This document shows positions 23,732-36,400 of a stretch of DNA of 64,000 nucleotides, one piece after another. The first letter of the stretch is position 1, and every line of letters starts with the position of its first letter. Source of the stretch: Eremomyces bilateralis CBS 781.70 (lineage: Eukaryota); NCBI GenBank assembly GCA_010015585.1, contig ML975161.1; one strand, 5' to 3'. Made by a program: the position numbers and the translations under genes. The notes under the pieces were generated by a model that saw nothing but the letters and a program-made list of their open reading frames with translations, had not been told where the DNA came from and made no database searches.

Positions 23732-24349
23732 CTATTCCGAATGAATCCTGACGTCTTGCCCAAGTACTCGTTCCTCCTTTCCACTCGCCAACTTAACCAA
23801 CGCCTCTCCATCCACTCTCAACCCCACCCACTCCACCATCTTCGTCGCCCCAATCCCCTCATAGAACTTCAACGCATTCTCATTCCATGTCAAACACGCC
23901 CACTCCAACCTCCCCCCGTCCATCTCCACCGCCCTCCGCGCCAACTCCTTCAACAGCAACCCCGCATACCCCCGCCGCCGATACGCCGGCCGCACGTACA
24001 GGTCTTCCAGGTAAATCCCCGGGCGCGCGCGCCACGTGCTGTAGTTGAAGAAGTACAGAGCCATGCCCGCGACGTCGCCGTCCGGCGATTGAATCAGGAG
24101 CGTCTTCGCATACCCCGAGTTGCCGAGGCTCGTGCCGATGGAGTCCGTCTCTTCGAAGGACAGCGTCGTGAGGAGGGTGCCTTCGGTGGCTTCGACTTGG
24201 TCCTCACAGTTTTCGAAGGCGGCGAGCTCTTTGATGAGGTTGAGGACCGTAGTGACGTCTGCGGCCGTTAGCGGAGTCCCGGGTGCGAGACGGCATAGGA
24301 CGGGAGTACCGGCGCGTCGTGCGAGACGGATGGTTGGCTCCGTGGCCAT
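23732..24349 (-). CDS. ats1: GNAT-family N-acetyltransferase (Ats1/SSAT-like polyamine acetyltransferase)
   Basis: LIKELAAFE, YFFNYSTWRARPGIYLEDLYVRPAYRRRGYA and WNENALKFYEGIGA. 51-nt intron at 24309-24259. Confidence 0.85.
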   Translation of the reverse strand: MATEPTIRLARRAGTPVLCRLAPGTPLTAADVTTVLNLIKELAAFENCEDQVEATEGTLLTTLSFEETDSIGTSLGNSGYAKTLLIQSPDGDVAGMALYFFNYSTWRARPGIYLEDLYVRPAYRRRGYAGLLLKELARRAVEMDGGRLEWACLTWNENALKFYEGIGATKMVEWVGLRVDGEALVKLASGKEERVLGQDVRIHSE

Positions 24350-24960
24350 CTTCACATGAGTTCCCGATTTGAAATCTTCGGATAGATTCACTTGTCCTAC
24401 AATCTACATAATTTCAGAATTCAGAATCACCAATATTTATGATTCGGGAGGGCGTCGAACCTGCTCTGATGGGACGACATTCCAAATAGTGGACCCAGAC
24501 TCGGCGCTAAATCCCGAACAGGAAGTTATAATTCAAAGTTCGAACCGAAAGGGCAACATTATGACCGCCGTACGCATCTATCAGATTCAACTTGGAAGAC
24601 TCCGAATCAACTCTCGGTTTGTTCTAATATTATCTATCAGCCAGACTATATCGGCAAAGCGATATGGTGATCAAGCACTATCAAGGCATCTGGAAATGCG
24701 CGGAGCAACCTGGATCGATTCGGACTTCATTAGATCGATGACACCATTGACACGTCTGATATCTGGGATAGGATGCCCACACGGTTCTTAATTCCTCTCC
24801 AATGATTTCCATACATCCCACCTGTAGGAACTCGGTCCCAATCCGGGGCGCTGAATTGAATTCGATTCCCGGTTCGAAAGCACCGTTCAGCATACCCGTA
24901 GGTTGCACCTGTCCTTGCAACGATCGCTCACGCGGATGCGATATCAATGGACCTTTCGTC

Positions 24961-26121
24961 CTATCCTCCTATCTCTTCGGGAGAAGCGTGAGGTACCGAG
25001 ACCGTCTGTGCCTGGGAGCCCCACTGCACATCCCAATTTTTCCCCGCCTCGTTCCATTTCATCAGCGGACACAGGGAAAACGTATAGGCCCAGATCCGAC
25101 GCATGGTCCGAGCATCCAGCCGACTCGGAGGTACCCAAGCCCCCAGGTGGTTCAAGGGCCGAGCCAGCACGATGCGTTCGAGATACCGGCTGACGGTCTT
25201 TTCCAGAATTTCCGAGTTGTCCTCGGATGAGTGCTCCTCGCCATCTGCGGTCTCTGCTTTGAGTGCGTTGGCACCCTTCACCATTTCGTAAAGCTTTTGC
25301 CGATCGAACACCACGGGAAGTCCTTCAGGAGAAGCACGTCGCGGTCGGGGGCCTTCCCAGGGCACTTTTCCGGATGCAAGATCTCGCAAACGTTCCCACT
25401 CCGATTCGGGAAGCGGAGCCTCCAACTTGTGTAGAAACTCGGCATACAACTTGTATATGGCGTTCTGTTCTCGTTTGCGCGGCATCGGCTGGAGCCACAT
25501 ATTCGTGGACGGGATCGCGAGCTTGGTCGAGCGGAGCGTGCGTCGTTGTCGACGGCCGTTGAACGTGTGCTGGGCCTGGGACCGGGCCAGATCCCGGAGT
25601 CGCGAATATCGTGGGGAGATGGTATATGTGATGTGCTGTTTGTCGACCGTCCTCGTGCCCCATAGCTGTGCCGGAATGCTTTCGAGGCCGGGAAGCGGCG
25701 GTTCGAGAGGAGGCGCATCTCCGTCTCCAGAAGATGCGTCCGACAGATCATGGTCAGGCTGAACCAAAGTGTTTATAAGCTGACGCCTGGGTTTGCCAGT
25801 CCGGCCGTACGTCTCGAGGATAATGGTTGTTAATACCGACAGCTTTCCATGGTTGGCATTCTGCAGCCTCTCCAGGGCATGATGACCTGTGTGCAACCTC
25901 CTTAAGAGGACAGGATCCACCCACTCTTCCGGAGAGCTTTTCTTCTTCCGGCATATATACACTGCCTCTCGGATGTTTTCTCGCCCATTCCTAAACCGTT
26001 CCAGGGCATGCTGACGACAGTAGGCTCGTGCCGACGGATCAGGAAGGTAGGTGGACTCCCGCAGGATGGCACGAAGCAGATGGCGAGTTATTGGGCCATA
26101 TTTGGAACGGATTCTTTCCAT
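24961..26121 (-). CDS. mitochondrial LYR-motif protein (Cup1/LYRM2-like)
   Basis: N-terminal RHLLRAILRESTYLPDP..RFR, plus YGRTGKPRRQL, NMWLQPMPRKRE and RTMRRIWA. Confidence 0.7.
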   Translation of the reverse strand: MERIRSKYGPITRHLLRAILRESTYLPDPSARAYCRQHALERFRNGRENIREAVYICRKKKSSPEEWVDPVLLRRLHTGHHALERLQNANHGKLSVLTTIILETYGRTGKPRRQLINTLVQPDHDLSDASSGDGDAPPLEPPLPGLESIPAQLWGTRTVDKQHITYTISPRYSRLRDLARSQAQHTFNGRRQRRTLRSTKLAIPSTNMWLQPMPRKREQNAIYKLYAEFLHKLEAPLPESEWERLRDLASGKVPWEGPRPRRASPEGLPVVFDRQKLYEMVKGANALKAETADGEEHSSEDNSEILEKTVSRYLERIVLARPLNHLGAWVPPSRLDARTMRRIWAYTFSLCPLMKWNEAGKNWDVQWGSQAQTVSVPHASPEEIGG

Positions 26122-26711
26122 GAAAACCTCTTATCTCAACACCCACGAACCCCGAGTGGTGAGACGCGTGAAAACGCGATGCAGACGCGTCCTGTGGCTG
26201 GTTAAGGCTGATCTACTCATCTACAAAGAATCCTCTTGGAATTCTCTTGGAATGATATGAACAGGGAGGCACGGAGGCACGGAGGGAACAGATGAAGCCT
26301 GATGGTAATAAAGATTACCTAAACACTGGCGTCGGGCCGAAGCGCTCCGACAGCGCTGATTGGCGGTTGGCACGTCGCACACTTCCACTCCCACTTGCTC
26401 CTCCAACGCGTTTCTCCGCTGTGTCGCGCGTGTCCACGTCGGTCTTCATCCTCTACTCCTCCATACCAATCCATATCCATCCATCTGTCTGCGCTCCACG
26501 TAACCCACTATCAGTCTATCACCCCTCCTCTTTGGATCTCATCATCGAACACTCTTAGCCTGACATCCCTTTTCTCGTGTGCGCGCTCATTCCCATCCGA
26601 GTACGGAGTACGGAATACCTCTCGTCTTTGCGCACGCTCCACACTGCACGCTCCACCACCATCGAACCCGACGTGACATGCCTTGCATTTGGTGATCCGC
26701 TTCCTACAGGA

Positions 26712-29563
26712 ATGTCGGCCACGATCGAATCGGTAGTTCCACCACAGCCTCTCCCAATTGCATACTCTCGTGCGGCCAGCTCCGCTTCAAACCTTGAGGG
26801 AATGCAATATCAAGCCTCCTACGATGGCCGCCAGCCGTCCTTCTCCAGCTCGACCGGCCCCTCGTCGCAAATGAGCTTTAGCGCCTCACAGTCGGCTTCG
26901 CAACCGACGCAGCCAACGTCTCAATCGGCTCCGAATTCCTATCGAAATCACTCGCATGCAAATGGCCATCAGCAGGTCGCTGTCGAAGAGGGGCCAGCGA
27001 TCTATCGGGTATGTTCCGATGCTTCTCGCGTGCCGGGAATCCCGACTTACATCACCCAGGCGGTCTATTCAGGAGTGTCCGTGTATGAGATGGAGGTGAA
27101 CGGTATCGCCGTCATGAGGAGACGCCCGGACTCCTGGCTGAATGCGACCCAAGTGCTGAAAGTCGCGGGGGTGGACAAAGGCAAGCGCACCAAGGTTCTT
27201 GAGCGCGAGGTGCAAACCGGCGAACACGAGAAGGTTCAGGGAGGATATGGCAAGTATCAAGGGACCTGGATCAATTTCCGACGGGGTCGCGAATTCTGCC
27301 GACAGTATGGTGTTGAGGAACTGCTGCGCCCGTTGCTGGACTACGACATCACCATCGACGACAATCTCCCAGAGGGAAGTCAGATGGAGACTCCGACGAA
27401 AGAGCAGGCAATGGCGGCGCTTCGAAAACGATTCTATAACACGTCCATGGACGGACGAGTCCCGGTCCAGACCCCGAACGGGACGTTCTTTTCCAACATC
27501 TCACCCACCGCTTCCAATGCCCTCGCCGCCATGAACAAGGTTGCTCGGATCAATTCTCCCGCGCCTCGTCCCGGAAGCGCACAGAAACGGCCTGGAACCA
27601 ATTCGCATCGTTACTCCCAGCAGCACATGCCGGGAAGCCAGGAATCCTTCCGAAATGCGAGCCAACAAAGCATGCAGAGTTTCACATCCGAACGAAGTTT
27701 CAATGGACCGGTTCCCAACGAGCCCGTCTATCTCTCGCAAGGGAGCCACTATGGAATCGAGGCGGCCGTCGATCGCCAGAGCGACTTTCAAGAGCCACCA
27801 AGGAAACGAATGCGATCCAGTCAGGAAGACCCGTTCTCACAGCTTGACAACGGCGACGCCGACATGCTGGAAGGCACTCCGACGGAGCCGAATGAATCGT
27901 TTGTTTACCGCGATCTCGGTCAGCTGCGAGAAGAAGTGGAAGAGGTCGAGCTCCGTACGCCGATGCCGGCGATGCCGCATCCCGGTGACAAGATCGATGA
28001 GGATAAGCAGGCACTATTGATGGACCTTTTCGCCGACCTCAACCGGACCGATTATGTTCACCACGAGGCGTTAACGACGCTCTCCGGTACCGACTTCGAC
28101 ATTCCTCTGGACAACTCGGCGAACACCGCGCTACATTGGGCCGCGACCCTTGCGCGGGTTCCTCTTTTACGGCTCCTCATTTCCCAAGGAGCAAATATCT
28201 TCCGAGGCAACGTCATTGGCCAAACCCCTTTGATGTCGGCGGTGACGGTGAACAACTGCCTAGAACAGAGCTGTTTCCCCGAACTCCTGGAGACATTGAG
28301 CCCCTTGATCGAGTACCGAGATACTCAAGGTCGTACCATCCTCCATCACATCGCCGTCTCTTCAGGCATCAAAGGCCGCGCTACCTCCAGCAAGTACTAT
28401 CTCGAAGCCCTATTAGAGTACTTGGTGAGGAGTAGCAACACTCCTAACGGGCAGCCTGAGCCACCCCCGAGTTCGAGGAAACCGATTGGGTTGATGCGTT
28501 TCATGAGCGAGATGGTCAACGCGCGAGACAAGGGCGGAAACACAGCTCTCAACCTCGTTGCTCGAATCGGTAACCGCAGCATCATCCAGCAGCTTATCGA
28601 GGTGCAGGCCGATCCGACCATTCCCAATTTCAAAGGCTTGCGACCCATCGATTTCGGTGTCGGAACCGACTCGGAACGGACAAACTCACAAATCCCGATG
28701 AGCCAAACCAGTTCTCCCAGCAAATCCAGACTATCCTCCAGCCGTATCGATGAGAGCAGCCGGGAGATCTTGCCCTGTAGGCGTTCCCGCTCCAACATAT
28801 ATATGCCGTGTAACTAATAAATGTCCCAGCCTTATCCTCTTTCCTTTCGCAGACAGATTCCCAGTTTACGGCCGAGATCCAACTCAAGCAAGAGAAGGTC
28901 GACGAGACGAACGGGCAAATCCGCGATGTCTGCGCACGACAGCGCAGCGAAGGCGAGCACCTCGCACACATGCGTCGAAAGCTACGAGACCGGTCGAATC
29001 GCGAGCAGCGGATCGCGAACCTCAAACGCGCGCTCGCCGACCAGCGGGTGCGGCTGCAGAGCGGGTCCTTCGATCTCAACATGAACGACCTGGGCCCGGA
29101 AACTGTGGCCGCCATGCAGGGGCAACCCATCTCACGCCACGTGCGCATCGGCGACGCGGACGACATGCTCTACTACAACCAGGCGGTCGGCAATCTCCCT
29201 ATCAACCCAGCCCTCGAGTCGTACGAGGACTTCGCCGCGTACGCCGACCAGCTGGCGCGGAATGGCGTCGCGGAGCACGTAGCCGCCAGCCTGCCCGCGA
29301 CGACCGCCCTGCGCGCCATCCTCGCGGTGTACCACGCGGACAACCAGGAGCTGGCCGGGCGGGCGGCAGCGCTCAAGGCGCGCGACGGGGATCTGGAGGC
29401 GCGGTATCGCCGCGTCGTGTGCCTATGCACGGGCGTCGAGGAGGATCGCGTGGACGACATGCTAGCGAATCTCGTGGCGGCGGTGGAGAGCGAGCGGGAC
29501 GAGGTGGAGGTGAGCCGCGTGCGGGAGTTTCTAAGGAAAGTCAACGTGACGGTGACCGCATGA
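26712..29563 (+). CDS. SWI6: APSES/KilA-N + ankyrin G1/S transcription factor (Swi6/Cdc10-like)
   Basis: AVYSGVSVYEMEVNGIAVMRRRPDSWLNATQVLKVAG..HEKVQGGYGKYQGTW, ankyrin motifs NTALHWAATLAR and GNTALNLVAR, and a C-terminal coiled coil. Introns at 27009-27059 and about 28777-28829. Confidence 0.85.
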
Positions 29564-29861
29564 GTGGCGATTTACGAGCTGTATGATGATCCCGCGTCAA
29601 CTCTTGGTTAACGTCGCGTCTACGGCGACTGGATCCTTCGAAGCATCCGTATGAACCTCTGAGCAATGTACTGTTAATGATGGAGCCTAGTGATCGCAGT
29701 ATCGCGATTCGCCACTGATATCCCCTAACGTAGTGAATGAAATAGGCAATATGAACGGAAATGATCGATATTGAATTGTGATACAGAGCTGATCTACCAG
29801 ATCATATCGCGTGCTATGCCGATCTCTCGCAGCAATGATCCTATACTTCTAGCGACCGCGA

Positions 29862-31268
29862 TCAAGCCTCCGCATCAGCCCCAGCATCGAAAGACTTCGG
29901 CTGCTGCGCTGCTCGCGACGGATTCGTGCTCTCGCTCCCAACCGACACCGCATCACTCCCGTCGGTGCCCATACTCAGAGTGCTCGCTCTCTTGTGCAAA
30001 CTCTGCGTGCCCACCGGGAACTCGCTCCCTCCCGTCGTCGGCGTCCCCGGCCTTGACCCGGTCGGCGTCAGCCTCGGTGGGATCGGTTGCCCGGACGCAT
30101 ACTCCATCGTCGTCAGGGATATCCCGCCTTTTCGTCGTCGTCGATCGCCGCTAGGTCCGGCCGCGCTACTCGTGCTCCATCGTCGCTCCCGGTCGGCACC
30201 TACGCCACGCGGTGCAAGGTGGCCTCCGTTCTCGTCCACTTCGGGGGTCATTGACGTACTACTCCGCGACGACGAGCGAGAATGTGACCCTTCCGGCTCC
30301 CGTAACGTGCTCGGTCGTCGGCGGCGCTTCTCCTTCTCCTTATGCGACACCCCATGCGCTTGCGGCTTTTCCACGTCCGCTCCCCCCTTTGCCGCCCCTA
30401 GCTTCCGACTCGCCCGCGCCCACCCCCGCCATCCTGTCCACCAGAACCACCCGCCCTCCTGCCGCGCCACCTCCCGCTGCCGCGCGCGCACGCGCCGCCG
30501 CAATTCCGCCCGTCGCTCGTTCTCCTTCTCCCAGTACTCCTCGCGGAACTGCTCCCAGTGCTCGCGGAACTCCGGCGTGAACGGCTTCGGGAGGAGCAGC
30601 AGCTTCACGTAGTCGCCGCCCTGCGAGATGTCTTCCTCAGCCACCTCGACTCCCGCGGTGCTGCGGTGTCGCGCGTGCAGGTGCGCGGCGGCCTTCTTGT
30701 CGCCCGGGACGTATTCGACGCGCTGGTAGTCCGAGCCGGGGGAGGGGTAGAAGAAGTAGTAGGGGAGGAGGAAGGCGAAGTGCGAGAGCGATTCCCGCCA
30801 CCACGGACCCCGCAGGATCACCAGCTTGCAGTTGAAGCCGCGCAGCCCACGGTTGGTGATGGCGAGCCACCGGCGTGGCCACCGCACGCCGCGCTCCCAC
30901 TGCCCCGTGACCCAGAACAGCAGCGCCATGACGATGCCGCCGATGAGCGCGACCTTTTCCGCCGTGTCCACCACCCAGTACACCGACCCGCCGACCCCCG
31001 TGCCATCTTCCCGCGGCCGCAGCCACTGGCCCCAGAAGCAGTACGCGATCCACAGCGTCAGGACGGTCAGGGTGAAGGTGTTCTGGCGGCGCCGCGCCAG
31101 CAGATTGAGGTACTGCGCGCGCAGCGAGCATTCGAGGATCAGCAGGTTCAGGAAGATCTGCGACGGGGCGGACGGAAGGAGGGAGGTCGGGTCTGGTGGG
31201 GGTGGGTCGACGTCGACATCGGGAGGGGGAGTGCCTTTGACGAGGGCGTCGAGGTTGGAGGTGGACAT
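29862..31268 (-). CDS. SPO7: Spo7-like regulatory subunit of the Nem1-Spo7 phosphatase
   Basis: PSQIFLNLLILECSLRAQY, two TM segments, NRGLRGFNCKLV and VKLLLLPKPFTPEFREHWEQFREEYWEKE. Confidence 0.85.
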   Translation of the reverse strand: MSTSNLDALVKGTPPPDVDVDPPPPDPTSLLPSAPSQIFLNLLILECSLRAQYLNLLARRRQNTFTLTVLTLWIAYCFWGQWLRPREDGTGVGGSVYWVVDTAEKVALIGGIVMALLFWVTGQWERGVRWPRRWLAITNRGLRGFNCKLVILRGPWWRESLSHFAFLLPYYFFYPSPGSDYQRVEYVPGDKKAAAHLHARHRSTAGVEVAEEDISQGGDYVKLLLLPKPFTPEFREHWEQFREEYWEKENERRAELRRRVRARQREVARQEGGWFWWTGWRGWARASRKLGAAKGGADVEKPQAHGVSHKEKEKRRRRPSTLREPEGSHSRSSSRSSTSMTPEVDENGGHLAPRGVGADRERRWSTSSAAGPSGDRRRRKGGISLTTMEYASGQPIPPRLTPTGSRPGTPTTGGSEFPVGTQSLHKRASTLSMGTDGSDAVSVGSESTNPSRAAQQPKSFDAGADAEA

Positions 31269-32895
31269 GGTTTCGGGGGGATATATGAATGTCCCTTGTG
31301 TAAGGATGGACAGGAGCGCGAGGCTAGGACGCCTGTTGGAGGACTAGGCTACTTCATAATGCGAGGTACCGTAGGCAGTAGGCGAGGTCAATAACGTGAT
31401 AGTACTATAGCGTGGATTGAGCCAGTGACGGGACTTGAAAGGGTTGATACTACAGTTATTACTAGAGGGTATGACGAAGGTTCGGAGTATTCCTGGGAGC
31501 TGCACGTGGAAACTGGGAGCGAAAGCGAATAATACAGTAATCGCAAGTTCGTATACCATTGTCAAGGTTGATTGGCTATTTGTGTAATTAATTCCTGGTA
31601 ATATTTTCTGTATCAGAATAGGGCTGCCTGCTCCAGCTATCTGCGACTCGCTCTTCTCGCTTCATTCTTGACTCTTGACTCACAATTCCGTCGTATCCGC
31701 TCGCGCTTCAGCATTTCATTTCCATTGATTATTATTATCATTCATCATTTATTGTATTCCAATCTCAATGCCTTTCTCCTCGAATGCTGCGCGTGTGATC
31801 GTCATCATGGCTAGCATTAGCATCCTCCACTCATGCTTCGTCCGTGCCAGCTGTTGATTCCTAACCTCTGGCCCATCGACTAGAACCCTCAGTCATGAAA
31901 CCAGAAACATGGTCCAGCCAAGTCATTTGACTCATTTCGATTCCTTTGAAGCCTTTGTTAAATCCCAATTTCTTGCTAGACATATCTTCTCTTGAAAGTT
32001 TCCTTCACCAGGGGCTGTAGGCCTATAGCCAGCGAATGGGCACTCCTTCGAAGTCAGGCCTTTCCCTTCCTGTCCTAACACGAATGTCTACCTCCATATG
32101 TCTTGATGTATCAGGGTTGGCTAACCTATTTGTTTGCATTGCAACACCCCAAGTCCTTGATATGGCAGGGTTTCATATGAGTATTGGACCATGAATGGAA
32201 AGGATCTGTTTCATTGTTGCTCCTCGGCATTAGACATTACCTACTTACATTTAAGGGCTTGTTGTAGTACTTCTAGAACAGCCATTCGGACGCTCGGATG
32301 GTCGTGCTCCCTTCATCCTAGGGCTCGCTAAATTATTTGATCTCATATATCTTGTTAATTTCGACTTAAGCATGTAATTCAAGCTTGTCCTTTGGCTTCT
32401 CATCCATGTGGTTTCATCTATCTAACACTCCTTGCGCCATGGACCCATCGTCATCTTTCAATCTCGGAGGCAGAGGCGAGAAATATTTCTGAGACAAAGT
32501 ATTTATCGTCAATATACTACCCTCTCGGTTTACAGTAGCCTGCTAGTAAAAACAATCTATCTACTAGGCTAAAGATTTTGATGTGCCCTATCAATCGGCT
32601 TTTGAGTCGCCGACCTAAACATGAACTTCGCGATTAGAATGCTTCGCCGGACATTGATACATGGTACAGTCTTCTTTTCTTATTCAATCTACTTGTTTCA
32701 TCCGCAATAGTGTCCGATCGACAATGCGCAGCGGGTATGCCTTGGCCACTCTCTCGCCAGCGCCCGGGGTCGAGAGGTTTATATGTACCAGCCTCCTGAC
32801 CCTCGAACGCCGATATCCCGTGTGCACCTGTCTATCCCATCCGGAAATTTCACTCGTTTTTCTGTTTTCTTGAAAGTTCTCGTCCTTCATTCGCC

Positions 32896-34565
32896 ATGTT
32901 GCACGCCACCACTCTCTTGTTGCTGCCTTTGGCAGCGATTGCTGCACCACTCGAGTCCAGGCAGCACGATCACGGGGCGGCCACTGGCGGCACTGGTGCC
33001 ACCGGAGGTGCTGCGGGTGCTGGATCTGCTGGAGCTGCTGGAGGAAGCAGCGGCCTCGCTGGACTACTTGGAGGATCTGGAGGCGAGGGCGGAAGCAGTG
33101 GCCTCGCTGGACTTTTTGGAAAAGGCAGCGGCTCAGGTGGCAGCGGTGGTCTCGCCGGACTACTTGGGGGTGGGTCCAATGGATCCAGTCCCTTCGCTGG
33201 TTTGTTCGGTGGAGGCGATCCCTTGACGCCATTCAAGACGTACGAATTGGAGCCCAAGATTCGAAAGGACGCCAAGCGTGTCAAGTATGCATGGGGCCCG
33301 TATGAGCTGCTCGGTGCTAGTGTATGGTTCCTACGACTTGGACTATGGACAACAACTAACGTACATAACAGGCGGACAAACCCGCTGGAAGCTTCTCCAT
33401 GGATCCAAATGGTCAATCGTTCATGTCCTCAGTGACTGGAGTTGCCGGTCCAGCTGCAGTATTGGCTGGCAAGGTTGGCTTGATGTATGAAGATGGCTGT
33501 GAGGCGAACATTGAGACTGGGATGTGAGATTATCCTGTTTTCCCTATGATATACGTGCAGCTCACACCTTGAAAGTTACACCCATCACATCCTCACCCGG
33601 GCAACGGGCAAGAAAGATGTTCCTTTCGTTGGCCGATGCCCGACCGAGGATGGCAAGCCGGCTAACTCAAGCTCTGGCTTATCCAGCCTCCTTGCCGGCC
33701 TCAATATCGGGAGCGGCTTCATCGGCGCTGGAGAAGACAATGGCAATGAGCCGAACATGTACACGAATAGTGACGGAACCTATCCGTCCGCGTTCAACAT
33801 TGCTGCCGGGGAGAAATTCAGTGCCCAGCTTGACCTAGTCAACTACAAGGAGACCACACAAAAGCTTTACATAACCTTCGATATTGAGTATCTTGAGGGT
33901 TCGGCCGAAAACGATGCAACCTCGGCCCTACTGAGTGTTACAGGTGCGTACCCATATAGGATTCGCGCAGGTGGCGGCGATAGAAATGGACGCAAAATTT
34001 CTGGATTTCGGAACTGACCATGACCTAGGCTGTGGGGCTGACCCGATTGCCACGAGCAAAGACGGCCCGGCGTCCACCAAGAGCAAGAAATGGGGCATTC
34101 TTTCCGACGGATACATCGTCTCCGCCAAGGGCCATCTTCACGACGGAGGTGATAAGATGGTGTTATTCCTCAATGATAAGGAAGGTGAGCACTTCTTTCG
34201 ACAATCCTGTACGAGTCCATGCTCACAGTCGCAGTCTGCACATCCGAAGCCATCTACGGTGGCGCTGGAGGCACCACCACGATCAATGGGAAGGAATGGG
34301 AAATGCTCAATGGCATGAGCCAGTGTAGCAACTCCATCGCCGTCAAGGCAGGCGACTATATCTCCATGGAAGCTTTCTACGATCTTGCCAAGCACCCCCT
34401 GTAAGTCTCCAACCGTTTCAAGCGGGAGAAGGAAACTAACTCGGAATCAGTCGCGAGGACCAAGGTGGCGCGGGGCATGACGATGGACACAGCTTGGGCA
34501 TCATGGGAATGTTCTCGCTTTCGTATGCTGCAGGTGGCGCATCGTCCAACTCGACCGCAGCGTGA
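32896..34565 (+). CDS. secreted Gly-rich protein with a PHM/SURNod19-like (copper monooxygenase-like) domain; about 6 exons
   Basis: Signal peptide MLHATTLLLLPLAAIA and a Gly/Ser linker. The spliced product contains SMDPNGQ, GIYTHHIL, VNYKE, GHLHDGG, YDLAKHPL and IMGMF. TGA at 34563-34565. Confidence 0.7.
33040..33215 (+). repeat. coding repeat GGSSGLAGLLGG-type, 4 copies
   Basis: GGSSGLAGLLGG / GGSSGLAGLFGK / GGSGGLAGLLGG / GSSPFAGLFGG. Confidence 0.7.
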
Positions 34566-35205
34566 ACGGCTGGCTAGTTGTAGGAGTTGGGAGCGCGTCT
34601 TGTGTTCCAGTGTGAAGCAGCAGGCCTTCGAATCTGATAGAATGCTTTTGATCTTAAATATAGGCTCTCGAGGCTGGGTGTGATCAACCACTATTAGTGC
34701 AGTACAGAGTGCGCTATATTATTATGTCTGCCTCGATTTTTCCTCTCTCTTGATCTAAGACCAAGGGGCCAAGGCATAAACACTCATGATCTTCGCCCCA
34801 GCCTCGCTTTTATCACCATGCCAAACTCTTCTCTTTCATCCGTAGGCCGCTTCAATTTTTCAACCTACCCCAACTTGACGCTGCAGGTGAGAAACTGGAG
34901 ATCCGGGCGGTTCAACTCCTTTGGTCCCACTGAGACGTACCGCTCGTACTTCCTACCTACGCCTTAAACTAGGGAACCACCTTTGTCACCATATAGCTAG
35001 CCAGCATCAGATCTTCAGCTCCGAAGCATCGACATCACTAAAGGTCCGAAACGAATACATTAGATATATGACAAGTCGCTAAAGAAAGAAGGAAAAAGAA
35101 AAGGAAAGTAGATATCGTAGTATATCACTATACTCTGTGTTTATCACCAACTCCGTAGTTCTCTATGCATTCCTAACGGCCCATGAAGAGTCCTGAAATA
35201 GACTA

Positions 35206-36400
35206 TCAATTAGGAAAGGATTCGTTATCATAGTGTCCCTTCAGGAGTACAAACCATCTCATCGTCTCTGCATTCAGAGAGTGTCTCCTAAGATCTAGCA
35301 CGTCTCGCGCACCACTAAAAAGACGTTCCACGCCTACCTCAGCAGAGGGAACTGGGAGATAGTCGCGTGCCGCTTGAGCCATGCAAGGAAAGTCAGGTGC
35401 ATTTGCTTTCCACCATTTCAATACCCAGTCAGGGTCACCGTCCGCAAACGAGGGATGCGACCAGCTAGCCGGAGCAGAATCCAGGTATCGGTCGACGTCC
35501 GAGGCCTGCGCACATGGATATGGCTGAACCCGTTTAAGTGTCTTCCACAGTAACTCGGGCATACCTGATGGGCGTTCCGTCTCTAATGGTAGACTAGGGT
35601 AAAATGGATATTTTTGCCTGAAGAATTCGCGCACTTCGGAAACGATCAGCTCAGCACCCTCTTTGTTCATCTGTGCTTCGATCAGGGATGTCTTAATACG
35701 CGGATCGAGGACAGCCGCCATGTAATAGGATATTATCGTCCATCATCTTCGTAAACTTATCCATCTTCCTCTCGCTCCTCTTACCGCCTCTCTAAGGTTG
35801 ACACCCACGTCTTCAAACCCGCCTTTCGCCGTGTGAACATCGTCCAGAAGGTTATTAAGGGCCTAATAGATTGGGAGGCAGTCTATAAGGCTCGGACAAC
35901 TCCTTAAAACGTGGTTGGTATGCTCCCAAAACGGTTTTAGAATCCTCTCAATTTGCTCCAGGGTGGACCATTCTGCATCTATAAGATGTAATGTTCTCAC
36001 GTCGGGATGAGTGCGTATAAACTGTATAAGCTCTCTTCGGAGGCGGATCGCCTCGGTGATCATGATATATGTTGAGTTCCATCGATTATCGACGTCGTAG
36101 TTAATTTGCTTAGTCGGAGAGACGAGCTTCCAATCTTGGCGGCGCTGTGGACTTCGGGCAACCCAGAGGACGAGAAGGCGGATCTTAGCAATAGCACTTT
36201 TCTCCTCACTCGTGGTTAGGAGGGGCTTTTCGTGTACTTCGGGAGAAGTCGATGCTAGATTGAGCCATGCTGTGTAGGAAATCAGGATCATGCTCGTTAC
36301 CACGATCCCAGACTTCATAGATGTTAAGTAAATCGATAGTGTTGTTTATTGAATAGGATTAAACGGCAGCATATGTAGGATCGTTAACGCGATAGGCGTG
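35206..36400 (-). mobile_element. degenerate hAT-superfamily DNA transposase (Restless/Tfo1-like)
   Basis: DVDNRWNST, LKPFWEHT, YYMAAVLDPRIK and dimerisation domain WWKANAPDFPCMAQAARDYLPVPSAEVGVERLFSGARD. In-frame TAG at 35863-35865 and frameshifts at about 35720-35790. The 5' extent is unclear. Confidence 0.85.

Noticed and set aside
24798..24862. box C/D snoRNA-like arrangement (ATGATT..CTGA with CAAT/ATTG ends)
   Set aside because: The C box is non-canonical and I recognise no rRNA-complementary guide.
28630..31394. long overlapping or antisense ORFs around SWI6 and SPO7 (also over the beta-helix, pirin and SPO71 genes)
   Set aside because: They are shadows of GC-rich, codon-biased real genes and give low-complexity R/A/G/P translations.
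31600..32600. possible degraded gene or transposon on the minus strand
   Set aside because: Many stops and no identifiable domain.
34705..34720. CAGAGTGCG resembling a Restless-type hAT terminal inverted repeat
   Set aside because: No inverted partner (CGCACTCTG) or 8-bp target-site duplication was found on the other side of the transposase. The similar CAGAGTGGTGCG near 37056 is in direct orientation.
34860..34935. GGTTCAACTCC, a tRNA T-loop/B-box-like motif
   Set aside because: No convincing T-stem, D-arm or acceptor stem can be folded.
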